Shown here: positions 9,548-19,093 of the stretch, piece by piece
Numbering within the stretch: the stretch's first letter is position 1
Layout of the letters: the number at the start of each line of letters is the position of its first letter
Source: a virus
Taxonomy: Duplodnaviria; Caudoviricetes
Length of the DNA stretch: 34,838 bases
Direction: 5' to 3' (one strand)
Virus record (IMG/VR): IMGVR_UViG_3300020045_004937
Location: 1 to 34,838 of that record
Translations under genes and position numbers: made by a program
The notes under the pieces: model-generated
Databases searched by the model: none
The model's input: only the letters and a program-made list of their open reading frames with translations
What the model was told of the DNA's origin: nothing

Positions 9548-9847
9548 ATGGCAAATAGGATAGTTGGCAACGTTCTTATCATAGATTCTGGTATGGGTAA
9601 CTCACAAGTCCTTATTGGAAACAATATCAATGATTACGTCATAAGTGGTATTGCGGTATGGGGTGTGGACACCACAGCAGCTATCGTATTAACCGAGGCC
9701 AACACGGCAACTGACCTAATCTACAAATACAATGGGAATTCATCTGTCGCCGGAGTCAACCCCCTTGTTCTTGCTTATGCAATAAAAGTCGGCGAGCTTA
9801 GAGTCCCTGTTCTTACCGCAGCTACAGGATTCGTTTATCTAGCATGA
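9548..9847 (+). CDS. Small beta-rich virion protein
   Basis: AGGAG SD, 99 aa, within the structural operon. Confidence 0.55.
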   Translation: MANRIVGNVLIIDSGMGNSQVLIGNNINDYVISGIAVWGVDTTAAIVLTEANTATDLIYKYNGNSSVAGVNPLVLAYAIKVGELRVPVLTAATGFVYLA

Positions 9848-10143
9848 CAATATATGAGCACACAACCTCATTATTGACCCAAGCAGGCTCCACCAGCACG
9901 ATAACTCTTAATGTGCGAGGCGGTCTTTGCCGTCAAATTTTAGTCCGAGCAAACACAGATACTACAGTTTTCCGAGTAGATTTGCAGGACGACCGACCCG
10001 TAACTCGACTCAACTTCGGCTTCCATACCGGCGAGCTAAACGAGGTCGGTCTTGCTTTTCCAATGGCAGGACGATACACCCTCAACATAACCAATGCTTC
10101 TCCTAACGATACCTTCCGTATCTTAATGGCGGTGCAGGAATGA
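9844..10143 (+). CDS. Small beta-rich virion protein
   Basis: ATGA overlap with the upstream gene; 99 aa. Confidence 0.55.
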   Translation: MTIYEHTTSLLTQAGSTSTITLNVRGGLCRQILVRANTDTTVFRVDLQDDRPVTRLNFGFHTGELNEVGLAFPMAGRYTLNITNASPNDTFRILMAVQE

Positions 10144-10631
10144 TAAGAGGACTTTTAAAAAGATGGAAAGAAGAATGGTGGGAGAAACAATCTGATGCTC
10201 TTGCACAAGAGTATGCCCAAAGAGAAAGAGAACTCAAGGAAGAATTTAAAGAACACCTTGAAGCTGATTCTGCCTCATTCAACCTAAAACTTGAAGAAAT
10301 GAGAAAAGAGAGCCTTGAGCTTGAAACCCGCATCCTTCGTCTCCAAGTAAAGAAAGTGGAGCTTGGAGAAATGGAACGCCGGACAGATGATAAGAAACTG
10401 GAACTATCCAATCTGAACGAAGAACTCCTAACTCAGATACGCCTCCTAGAAGCCAAAGCTTCTCCTTCAAACGTATGGCAAGACGCCTATGGTAAGGGCT
10501 TCCAAGCAGGAATGGAATGGCGTGAGAAAGTCGGCCCAAGTCTTGACGAGAAGCAAATAAGAATCATTAAAGAAACTGCTATAAATAGTACTCTGGAGCG
10601 AATGAATGGGCATCATAAGAAGAATAACTGA
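10140..10631 (+). CDS. Coiled-coil hypothetical protein
   Basis: E/K/L-rich heptads; ATGA coupling. Confidence 0.6.
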   Translation: MIRGLLKRWKEEWWEKQSDALAQEYAQRERELKEEFKEHLEADSASFNLKLEEMRKESLELETRILRLQVKKVELGEMERRTDDKKLELSNLNEELLTQIRLLEAKASPSNVWQDAYGKGFQAGMEWREKVGPSLDEKQIRIIKETAINSTLERMNGHHKKNN

Positions 10632-10917
10632 CCTTCAACTAGGTTCGGTAGGAACAACTAAAGTTTATTCTATTACAAGCTCTGAAATACTTTTTCAGAT
10701 ATCTTCTGGAAACCGAGCCTTTGAAGCCGGAAATCTAGGTAACTTCAACATCACCTATGGGCAATCAAGCTTATCAATAAACTCAGGACTTTTTATCTCC
10801 TCTGCCGGAGGAGCAAAGTTCTGGGATACCATCACAGATGACTTTCAGATGGCTTTCCGAGTAGGTTCTGGCGGGGTGTCAAGCCAGCTCATTATCCAAG
10901 AGTATAGAGGTAACTAA
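10606..10917 (+). CDS. Small beta-rich virion protein
   Basis: 103 aa, S/G-rich, TAATG-coupled to the fibre gene. Confidence 0.55.
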   Translation: MGIIRRITDLQLGSVGTTKVYSITSSEILFQISSGNRAFEAGNLGNFNITYGQSSLSINSGLFISSAGGAKFWDTITDDFQMAFRVGSGGVSSQLIIQEYRGN

Positions 10918-13157
10918 TGTCCATAGAAACCAGACTACGAGAAACAGGGCCTCGTGGTGGAGGAGGGGGAGGAAGCTCCGATTCTGGTGGTCTCATGGGC
11001 ACAGGGGGCTTTCTTGTCTCATGGAGCTCCGACCCTCTTCTTACAAATGAGAAAATCCTCTCAGCTGGTTCATCAGTAACTCTCCATACTGACGCTACCG
11101 CCATATACATCAACGCTACTACTTCTCTTTTTGCTGGCTCAGGTGGTCTTGCTTCCACAGGTGGATTCTACGCCGTATGGAGTTCTGATCCACTTCTCTC
11201 AAACGAGAAAATAATCACGGCAGGGGCAAACATTACCCTGACTACAGACGCCACCACTATCACCATAGCCGCCACAACTGGTGTGGCCGCCGCTTCAGGT
11301 GGTCTTGCTGGAACTGGCTGGTACTACATCGTAGGCAGTAATGCTTCAGGACTACCCTTCTCTAAAGTAATCACCGCTGGCTCCAGCATAACCACACATA
11401 CTGATGCCACTGCTTTCTATATTAACGCTACCACAGGAGCCTCCGCTTCCTCCGCAGGACTCGCAGGCACAGGAGTTTATTATCTAGGAACCTCTGCCAA
11501 TAGCACATGGCCAAATTGGTTAGTTATTCAGCCAGGCTCAAGTGTAACGCACCACATCACAGGAACTAATTACTACATCAATGCCATTACAGGTGCTGGG
11601 GCATCTTCAGCAGGCTTGGCAGGCACAGGGAGTTTCTATGCAGTGTGGTCTTCTGATCCTCTACTCTCCAACGAAAAGGTTATTACAGCAGGCTCTAGCG
11701 TAACTCTCCACACAGACGCCACTGCTATCTATATAAACGCCACCACTTCTGCGGGGGCTTCATCGGCAGGACTTATGGGTACTGGTAATTTTCTAGTTAC
11801 CTGGTCTTCCGACCCTCTTTTGACAAATGAAAAGATTCTAACTGCTGGCTCAAGTATTGAAATAAGAACTGATGGGACTACCATAACTATCAATGCTCTG
11901 ACGAGTGGTGGGGCTTCAAACACAAACATAGGCACAGGAGGTTTTCTAAATCTTCCTGTCCAATCAGCAAAACTCTATGCCTCAACTTCTGCTGCCAGAA
12001 TTGACGCAGGCACAGCTTTCTGGAGACTCCTATTTTCTCCAACTACTCAGCAGTATGGCATCTGGCAATTCGTTCTCCCATTCGACTATTCAGGGTCTCC
12101 TGCCTGCCAAGTCATATTCTCTTCGAATTCATCTCTTGCTGTGGCCAAGAGTATTAGCTGGATTGTAGACCAATGGGGACTCGGAAACAGTCAAAATTCT
12201 ATTTATATGGACACTTTTGGAGGAGCTAATACTACCACAGTTGCTCTCTCCGCAGGCTACTCTGCAGGCTTAGTTCAGATTCTGACTGTCCCTCTTGCTT
12301 CCACAAACTCCTTCGCCGCAGGGAACATCATACGTCTCAGAGTCTCCTCATCTGCTGGAAACGTAACAGGCAATCAGGAGCTAGTTGGACTCGGCCTCTA
12401 CTACCGTGCAGGGACTCAGACTATAGCCACAGGTTCCGCTGGCCTAGCCGGAACAGGTGAAAATTATGTAGTTTGGTCAGCAGACGCAGAACTTATTAAC
12501 GAGAAAGTTCTTACGGCTGGTGAAGGAATAAGTCTTGATACAGGAGCCACTACTATTAGCGTAGTTAGCAGAGCCAAAGACGAAAACTGGTGGAAGATGT
12601 ATTCAAGCAATACTTCCATCGCTCTAGGTCAATCCCTCTACGCTGGAGGCGGGGCAAATAACGCTACTGCTCTAGGAACTCAGGCTATGAGTATCAACAC
12701 CATGACAGCAGTCCACTTTGTAGTTACACGCTCCATGCGGGTAGACACCATGGCTATTCTCTGCACAGCAACTGGAGCAGGATGTAGAATAAGATTAGCC
12801 GTCTATACCAACAGCGCAGATAATGTTCTCCAACCATTCCAAATTGTTGGTTCTTCAGGACAGCTACTAGTTACCCCAAATGTGCTTACTCAGTTTCAAT
12901 TAAATGAAACATTAAGCTCCAACTCCCTCTATTGGTTTGTCTTAGATGTCGGTACTGCTGCGGCAACAGTAAGAAGCGTTGCTTTAGCTGGTGCTTTTCC
13001 AATCTTAGGTCTTAATAGCGGTATTGGAACTGTTTGGAAAGTAGCTATAAATAGCGGGAAATTATTTTCAAATCCGTTACCTGCCACATGGGGCGCAGGC
13101 TATGGCTATGTAACTCTGGCTAGTATTCCGGCAATCGTTGTCAGACCAAGCATATAA
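10917..13157 (+). CDS. Repeat-containing fibre protein (head or tail fibre)
   Basis: Seven ~46-52 aa repeats of consensus GLAGTG..Y.VWSSDPLL.NEK..TAGSS.T..TDAT.I.INA, plus two globular beta domains; very S/T/G/A-rich. Confidence 0.75.
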   Translation: MSIETRLRETGPRGGGGGGSSDSGGLMGTGGFLVSWSSDPLLTNEKILSAGSSVTLHTDATAIYINATTSLFAGSGGLASTGGFYAVWSSDPLLSNEKIITAGANITLTTDATTITIAATTGVAAASGGLAGTGWYYIVGSNASGLPFSKVITAGSSITTHTDATAFYINATTGASASSAGLAGTGVYYLGTSANSTWPNWLVIQPGSSVTHHITGTNYYINAITGAGASSAGLAGTGSFYAVWSSDPLLSNEKVITAGSSVTLHTDATAIYINATTSAGASSAGLMGTGNFLVTWSSDPLLTNEKILTAGSSIEIRTDGTTITINALTSGGASNTNIGTGGFLNLPVQSAKLYASTSAARIDAGTAFWRLLFSPTTQQYGIWQFVLPFDYSGSPACQVIFSSNSSLAVAKSISWIVDQWGLGNSQNSIYMDTFGGANTTTVALSAGYSAGLVQILTVPLASTNSFAAGNIIRLRVSSSAGNVTGNQELVGLGLYYRAGTQTIATGSAGLAGTGENYVVWSADAELINEKVLTAGEGISLDTGATTISVVSRAKDENWWKMYSSNTSIALGQSLYAGGGANNATALGTQAMSINTMTAVHFVVTRSMRVDTMAILCTATGAGCRIRLAVYTNSADNVLQPFQIVGSSGQLLVTPNVLTQFQLNETLSSNSLYWFVLDVGTAAATVRSVALAGAFPILGLNSGIGTVWKVAINSGKLFSNPLPATWGAGYGYVTLASIPAIVVRPSI
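10986..11901 (+). repeat. Six tandem ~156 nt coding repeats (a seventh at ~12438-12560)
   Basis: Visible in the protein and in the DNA, e.g. TCCGACCCTCTT/TCTGATCC..CT and CAGACGCCAC recur. Confidence 0.85.
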
Positions 13158-13166
13158 GGAGACTCT

Positions 13167-13433
13167 ATGTCAGTTAAAGCTCTCGTTTTAAGATATGAGG
13201 ATATTCTGCCAAATGAGGTTGGGGATGACACAAGCTACTATCTCAGGCTGGCTGTAAAGTTCACCGACTTGACCAACGGCCACCAGGAGACAGTCTTAAT
13301 TGATGCCTTTCTGGAAGCTTCGGACAACTTAGTAACAATTGAGAACAAGGTGCGGGACGCTATAGTCTCCAGGATAGGAGAGTTTGGGCACACCATTACC
13401 AGACCAGATATTATTATGATGCAGATAAAATAA
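13167..13433 (+). CDS. Hypothetical protein (possible fibre chaperone)
   Basis: AGGAG SD; 88 aa, directly after the fibre gene. Confidence 0.55.
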   Translation: MSVKALVLRYEDILPNEVGDDTSYYLRLAVKFTDLTNGHQETVLIDAFLEASDNLVTIENKVRDAIVSRIGEFGHTITRPDIIMMQIK

Positions 13434-14146
13434 TGAGTATTTTATTCAATGGTTCTAGTGGGTTTATAAATTGTGGCTCAAACTCTACATTGGCCGATAG
13501 GCAACCATTTACTGTTTCTGCTTGGATTTATCCAATTGACTTAGGAGAAGTTGACCAGGGTAATATTATCGGAAGAGGTACTGACGTAGCTGGGTCTTGG
13601 TACTTTGGTTTTAATACAACTAATAGAATTAGATTTAGCAAGAACTGGTCTGGAACAGATTTGGACTTATCTTCTGCAAATAATGTAATTACCCTTGGAG
13701 ATTGGCAACATGTAGTTGCTATTTATACAGGTGGAAGTACAGCTACAACGAGCGTGTTTCTTTATAGAAATGGTTTTCTTTTAGCACCTGGTGTTACTCA
13801 ACAGAACGCTACTGGAACAATAGAATCAGATGCCGCTTTAGGGTTTATTATTGGAAATTTTACTGATGAGAGTAGAACGTTTGATGGAATAATTTCGGAA
13901 GTGGCTTTCTGGAGTGCTCAGCTTACTGATGATGAAATAAGCCTATTAGCTAATTCAAAAATTAAAGGTATTCCTTTACAGGTTAGGCCAACAAGTTTAG
14001 TAAGTTACTGGCCATTGGATGACTTTGGGGACAGAATAACTGCTTCTGGAACAGCCTCTATAAGAGACAGGTCTTCTAATTCTAACAATGGAACTCCTTC
14101 AAACAGTCCATCATCAAGATCAGAAGAGGTATTAAGTTACCCATGA
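13433..14146 (+). CDS. LamG/concanavalin A-like lectin domain protein
   Basis: FTVSAWIYP, WQHVVAIY, FDGIISEVAFWSAQLT and LVSYWPLD motifs. Confidence 0.85.
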   Translation: MSILFNGSSGFINCGSNSTLADRQPFTVSAWIYPIDLGEVDQGNIIGRGTDVAGSWYFGFNTTNRIRFSKNWSGTDLDLSSANNVITLGDWQHVVAIYTGGSTATTSVFLYRNGFLLAPGVTQQNATGTIESDAALGFIIGNFTDESRTFDGIISEVAFWSAQLTDDEISLLANSKIKGIPLQVRPTSLVSYWPLDDFGDRITASGTASIRDRSSNSNNGTPSNSPSSRSEEVLSYP

Positions 14147-14460
14147 CCAAACCAGACTCCTTCGCTTGGGTAGACGTACTCCTAAAACGCTGGCAAATAA
14201 TTGTCATCCTTGTAGGCTCCGTAGTTTGGCTCACCACCCTCCAAGCCCAACTAAACGCCTCCACCATCGAACAGGTACGCATGGGCAAGAAAATCGAGTA
14301 TCTTAGTGATATGGGGGCAGAGTGGCCCTATCTCAAACAGAAGGTAGATAAGATGGACGTTAAACTGGACATCCTTTTAAACCGAAGAATAAACAAGGAG
14401 GAAATATGGATATCTCAGGAATCATCACATGGGTCACAGCCAATTGGGGCCAAATCATAG
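14143..14460 (+). CDS. Single-TM membrane protein with coiled coil (lysis-associated?)
   Basis: TM segment WQIIVILVGSVVWL followed by the coiled coil KVDKMDVKLDILL. Confidence 0.5.
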   Translation: MTKPDSFAWVDVLLKRWQIIVILVGSVVWLTTLQAQLNASTIEQVRMGKKIEYLSDMGAEWPYLKQKVDKMDVKLDILLNRRINKEEIWISQESSHGSQPIGAKS

Positions 14461-14612
14461 AGTTTTGGCTTAAGCTTGTCGGTATTGCTTCAATAGTCGT
14501 TCGCTTCACGCCGACACTCAAAGACGACGACGTTTTAAAGGGCGTTGTCAGGTTTGTCGGGAAGTATATTGCTCTCAACACAAATAAGGGAAGCTCAAGC
14601 CCAAACGTCTAA
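14406..14612 (+). CDS. Putative holin-like membrane protein
   Basis: 68 aa hydrophobic protein with ASIVVRFTPTLKDD motif; AGGAGG SD. Confidence 0.55.
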   Translation: MDISGIITWVTANWGQIIEFWLKLVGIASIVVRFTPTLKDDDVLKGVVRFVGKYIALNTNKGSSSPNV

Positions 14613-14872
14613 TTCAGGACTTAAAGCGACTAGAGTTCCTGATTAACGCAGTAAAGCTTGTCGCAAATACTCGTGTCGAAGTGGGTAAACTTACTTCCCC
14701 CTTCGGCACTGAGTACACAGGATTTAAGGTCACAATTGTGGGGGATAACCCGAACGTGGAACGCTCCTATGCCGATATAGATGCAATCTTTAAGTCTAAT
14801 CCAGGAGCTTACAAGGTGGAAGAAGAAAGGGAATCAGATGGAAAGTTTAAGAGCTTCAGCGTGACAACATGA
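14612..14872 (+). CDS. Hypothetical protein (possible ATT start at 14612; the track uses GTG 14681)
   Basis: Frame open from 14588; ATT overlaps the upstream TAA in TAATG-like geometry. Confidence 0.5.
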   Translation: MQDLKRLEFLINAVKLVANTRVEVGKLTSPFGTEYTGFKVTIVGDNPNVERSYADIDAIFKSNPGAYKVEEERESDGKFKSFSVTT

Positions 14873-15978
14873 GCAAAAATACCAAAGAAATCCCATTTAC
14901 AGAAATAGTCGAACGAGCCATAGAACTAGCACGCCTTCGTGAAGAAGTGCGCTCTAAAGTCCGTGGAATCGTCAACGACATATACCTCCGTGACATTCCT
15001 AAGAAAGAGGATTGGACGTTCCTTCTCTCCACTACCTCTCTTACTGTTACTCCAGAATACAAAACAGGCACAGTCACGGCCAACACAGGTGATACCTCCG
15101 TAGTATTTACAGGGGCTACCATCACCTCCGACATGACAGGTAGACGCCTCAAGATTAGCAACAACGACTATATCTACCGCACCACCTTTTCCAATGGCAC
15201 AGCCCTAGCCATAGCTCCGGCTCTCTCAGGAACTCAAAACGTATCAGGAGAAGCTTTCTCATTATTCCAAAACATCTACCCTCTTGTCGCAGACTTCGAC
15301 CGCTTCCCTAAGAACGGCGGTCTCCACATCTTCCGTGGCGGTCAACGCCAGCGCATTGAAGAAAAAGCCTACGACTACTTCACCGAGAACGCAAACTACA
15401 GCCCTAACGACAACACCGAATTCTGCCGTATCATAGGAGCAGACACCGCAGGCAACAGGCTCATGGAGCTACTTCCGCCTCCTCAAAACACAATCTCTGT
15501 AGAGTACGACTACTTCCGCCAGCTTCGCCCCCTTCGTGAAACCACAAGTGGTCTAATCTCATCTGTAATTGCAGCGGGAACAGCCATACTAGGAGACGCA
15601 AATACAAGATTCTTGGACGCAAACACAGGTGATTATTTCCGCATAGATGCTTTTGGAAAAGGTGCTGATTCAGAGTGGTATCGTATTATAGCCATTCAAG
15701 ACAACTCATCTATGTCTATCCAGTCAGCTTTTGGGAACTCAGGGGCAGCCTCAGCAAGCTATACCATCTCATCAGTACCAGAGATGCCTGTTATGCTCCA
15801 CCCTGCAATTCTCTATGGAACCATAGCTCAGATAGCCGCCGATCAGAACGACTCATTCGTCCAAGGCTACATGACTGAATACGCCGTTATTCTCTCAGAC
15901 GCCAAGCGTGTGTATAAGACCCGTATTTATCGCCAAGACATGGATACAATCGCAACGGAGTATCGCTACAGACTCTAA
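14869..15978 (+). CDS. Head-tail adaptor protein with two inserted beta domains
   Basis: N-terminal FTEIVERA...VNDIY...DWTFL and C-terminal P..LHPAILYG adaptor motifs flank two GT(V)T-type beta inserts. Confidence 0.65.
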   Translation: MSKNTKEIPFTEIVERAIELARLREEVRSKVRGIVNDIYLRDIPKKEDWTFLLSTTSLTVTPEYKTGTVTANTGDTSVVFTGATITSDMTGRRLKISNNDYIYRTTFSNGTALAIAPALSGTQNVSGEAFSLFQNIYPLVADFDRFPKNGGLHIFRGGQRQRIEEKAYDYFTENANYSPNDNTEFCRIIGADTAGNRLMELLPPPQNTISVEYDYFRQLRPLRETTSGLISSVIAAGTAILGDANTRFLDANTGDYFRIDAFGKGADSEWYRIIAIQDNSSMSIQSAFGNSGAASASYTISSVPEMPVMLHPAILYGTIAQIAADQNDSFVQGYMTEYAVILSDAKRVYKTRIYRQDMDTIATEYRYRL

Positions 15979-18866
15979 TGCTACAACGCAACATACCAAT
16001 ATCAACGCCTAAGTTTGACAAGGGTTTATTCACATTCTCAAATTTTCTCCAGAACGAGAAGGGCCACTCCCCTAATTGCATGAACATCAAGTGGAACTTT
16101 GACGACTCTATCCAGAAGCGTCTTGGTTCTACTACCCAGAACACAGTTGCCCTCGGGGGTGTTGCCAGCACAAGTTGGACAATAGACACCGACTCAGATT
16201 TATCTACACTCCTTAAAGCCTACTGGAAACTAGACGAGACAAGCGGGACTCGATTTGATGCATTTAGTTCTCATAACTTAACTCAGTTAAATGATACTCT
16301 CTACCAAACAGGAATAAGAGGAAATGCCGCCATGTTCGTAGCGGCAAACTCCAACTCTCTATTTATCAAGAATACAGCTACCCTAACAGTCTCAGGCTCA
16401 AATCCTTTTACTATTTCAGCATGGTTTTATCTTAACTCTACCTCACTTGACCTAGAACGCACCATTGTTTCAAAGATGGACCCTGTAGTTGGAAGCGACA
16501 CTCTTATTCTTTTGCATGGCTCAGGCCCACAAAACTCTACAACAATCATAGACTCTTCTATCTATGGAAATGCCATAGGTGTTACTGGCAACGCAAACAT
16601 AGACTCAGGTCAGAGCGTATTCCTAAACACTTCAATATTATTCAAAGGTTCAGGATACCTCTCATTTACAGACGCTTCGAACAGATTCAATTTTGGTTCA
16701 AATAACTTCATGATAGATTTTCGCTACCGCCCAGATAACCGCTCAGGCAGACAAGTCATCATAGCTCAGTTCGATAACGATGATAATTTCTGGATGATAG
16801 AAAAACAGTCCGACCATACTATCCGAATGATATTTGTGGTAAGTGATGTTCTCATAGCAGAATACGCCACTACCACATTCACCGTATCTAATGATAATTG
16901 GTATCACATAGTTTGTGCTAGGAACGGAATCAACGGCATTATTTGTGCTGATGGAAGCGTCAAAACAACTACAGAAGTGGCCGCATTTGGTAACAGTTCC
17001 ACAGGAGATTTTAACTCTGACGTCTATTTTGGAGGAGTAGGGTACGCTTTCAGCTTATCTGGCTGGATAGATGAAATGAGAGTCCTAAAGGGTAAGACCA
17101 TGATTACAGGTTCCTACCCTGTTCCTACAGCCCAATACGGAGCAACAAACCAAGAATATTGGCTCTGTATCGGCACAGATAATATAGTTGCTCTGAAAGT
17201 CTCATCTGACGGCCTCTCTTTCCACACTTCAATTACGGCCGCAAGTAATGGAGCCGTAGCTCTAAACACTTGGTATAACGTAGTCGCTTGGTATCAGTCT
17301 GGAGCCGCAGCTCATCTTGGAATAGCAGTCAATCAATCTGTTAATACTGCAAATTATACAGGTGGAATAAGAACAGGCTCTGCAGCATTTGTCATAGGAG
17401 CTAACTCGTCTTCAATAACCTCAGACGCCTCTTTCTTCATGGACGGTCGCATAGATGAAGTAGGATTCTGGAAACAAGCCTTATCAGCGAATGAACGCTC
17501 AGATATGTATGGAGGCGGTTCTGGGAACACATTCACTTCATTGCAGGGTCGGTTTACATGGGCAAATTATGACTTCGGGGCTTCTACTACACGCTGGGTT
17601 ACAGTAGCCGCAGGTACAGGCATTTATGCCTCTTCAAATCTATGTGTTACGTTTTTAACAGTAGCAACCAGCCGAACACAGAATTACCAATCTTTTGAAC
17701 GCTCCAAGAATGTTCTGGTAGCTTGCTCGGATGCCTACGACCAAACTCTTTATTGGGCAGGTTCTGCGGGGACATTCTTTGTAGCATTAGCTCTTAACTC
17801 GGCTCCTAAAGCCAAGTTCGCCCAGAATCATCAGGGTTTCTTAATCCTCATGAATTCTCAAGACAGTAACAACACATTGAGCAAGAGACGTTTCAGCTAT
17901 GTTGACGAGTCTCTCCAACTTACCTCTACATGGGCAGACTACTTTGACCTTCCCTCTACTGCCGATGACGAGATAACAGGCTCATTCATTCTAAACCGCA
18001 CTCTCTACGTCTCCACCAAATACCGCATCTATCGTGTCTCCTATGTCGGAGGCAACCCAGACTGGTCATACCAAGTAGTCGCCTACTGGGGCTATGTGCC
18101 TCGTACTATCCAAAGAGCTTCTATCGAGGGCGGTGAGGTAGCCATTGGTCTTGACTGGTCTCGCCGTATCAGAATATTCGACGGCGTTAAGGACACCATA
18201 GTTTCTGACAACATTGAAGATGATAACGGCCTTTGTGACTTTGCTACTGATAAAATATCTTATGCAGGATCAGGTCTTATTATCTCACATTCAATCATAG
18301 ACCCTCTCGAACAGGAATACCGCCTCAATGTAGCCATAGGAGAGAACTCAACTCAAACTACCCATGCCATTGTTCTAAACCTTCGCTCTTTGGCTATGTA
18401 CCCCTATTCTAACCAGGGCTACCAATGTATGTGCATAGCTGAATCGGCGGGCCGTCAATATCTATTAGCTGGTGATCGTTCTGGTCGTGTACATATTTTA
18501 AACACAGGAAACACAGACGTATCAACACCTATTGATGAGGTTTACGAATCACCATTCATTTTTAGTAAAGTCCCAGGATTAGTACAGAAGTCAAACAAGA
18601 TAGACATGTATTTCGTCAAGGATTCTTCTGGGACTGTTTATTTCCAAGACAGGGCAGATTTTAGCTCGGTGTGGGGTAACAAAGCTTCTCAAATAAATAT
18701 TGTTCAAACAAATTCTAATCTCCATATTATCCATTCTATCGACATACCTTCCACTCATAATATATATCAATATAAACTTATGTCTTCTTCTTCTACTGCA
18801 AATCCTTGGAGACTTACCCATACAGACTTCTTCCTTCAAACAATGGGAGTAGGAAAGGGACAATGA
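15978..18866 (+). CDS. Tail nozzle/stabilisation protein with inserted LamG domains
   Basis: N-terminal GL...SPNCMN...IQKRLG motif and C-terminal propeller-like region; LamG motifs at aa ~75-516. Confidence 0.7.
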   Translation: MLQRNIPISTPKFDKGLFTFSNFLQNEKGHSPNCMNIKWNFDDSIQKRLGSTTQNTVALGGVASTSWTIDTDSDLSTLLKAYWKLDETSGTRFDAFSSHNLTQLNDTLYQTGIRGNAAMFVAANSNSLFIKNTATLTVSGSNPFTISAWFYLNSTSLDLERTIVSKMDPVVGSDTLILLHGSGPQNSTTIIDSSIYGNAIGVTGNANIDSGQSVFLNTSILFKGSGYLSFTDASNRFNFGSNNFMIDFRYRPDNRSGRQVIIAQFDNDDNFWMIEKQSDHTIRMIFVVSDVLIAEYATTTFTVSNDNWYHIVCARNGINGIICADGSVKTTTEVAAFGNSSTGDFNSDVYFGGVGYAFSLSGWIDEMRVLKGKTMITGSYPVPTAQYGATNQEYWLCIGTDNIVALKVSSDGLSFHTSITAASNGAVALNTWYNVVAWYQSGAAAHLGIAVNQSVNTANYTGGIRTGSAAFVIGANSSSITSDASFFMDGRIDEVGFWKQALSANERSDMYGGGSGNTFTSLQGRFTWANYDFGASTTRWVTVAAGTGIYASSNLCVTFLTVATSRTQNYQSFERSKNVLVACSDAYDQTLYWAGSAGTFFVALALNSAPKAKFAQNHQGFLILMNSQDSNNTLSKRRFSYVDESLQLTSTWADYFDLPSTADDEITGSFILNRTLYVSTKYRIYRVSYVGGNPDWSYQVVAYWGYVPRTIQRASIEGGEVAIGLDWSRRIRIFDGVKDTIVSDNIEDDNGLCDFATDKISYAGSGLIISHSIIDPLEQEYRLNVAIGENSTQTTHAIVLNLRSLAMYPYSNQGYQCMCIAESAGRQYLLAGDRSGRVHILNTGNTDVSTPIDEVYESPFIFSKVPGLVQKSNKIDMYFVKDSSGTVYFQDRADFSSVWGNKASQINIVQTNSNLHIIHSIDIPSTHNIYQYKLMSSSSTANPWRLTHTDFFLQTMGVGKGQ

Positions 18867-19093
18867 GCAAGGTATCTGATTATTTCTTTACAGACCCAGA
18901 GCTAAATGCTTTCAAAGATGAGGTAAGAGATATCTTGAACTATGGCAAGTATCAGAAACAACTTCTAGCTTCTCTACCGAATTGGGCGGCAAGACCAGGC
19001 GAGGAAGTCCTATTTGTTCCTTCCTCAGGCGGGACTACAAACTACTTCTACAAAGGTTCGGCCTGGATAAGCTCATGGAGCGTGACCGTATGA
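18863..19093 (+). CDS. Small tail-associated protein (76 aa)
   Basis: ATG at 18863 in ATGA overlap with the nozzle stop; I prefer it over the longer track start at 18806. Confidence 0.6.
   Translation: MSKVSDYFFTDPELNAFKDEVRDILNYGKYQKQLLASLPNWAARPGEEVLFVPSSGGTTNYFYKGSAWISSWSVTV

Noticed and set aside
10917-13157. Diversity-generating retroelement target
   Set aside because: No reverse transcriptase and no adenine-specific TR/VR pair are visible; the repeats differ at all base types.
14143-14872. Complete lysis cassette
   Set aside because: Only small membrane proteins are seen; no endolysin or spanin lipobox is recognisable.
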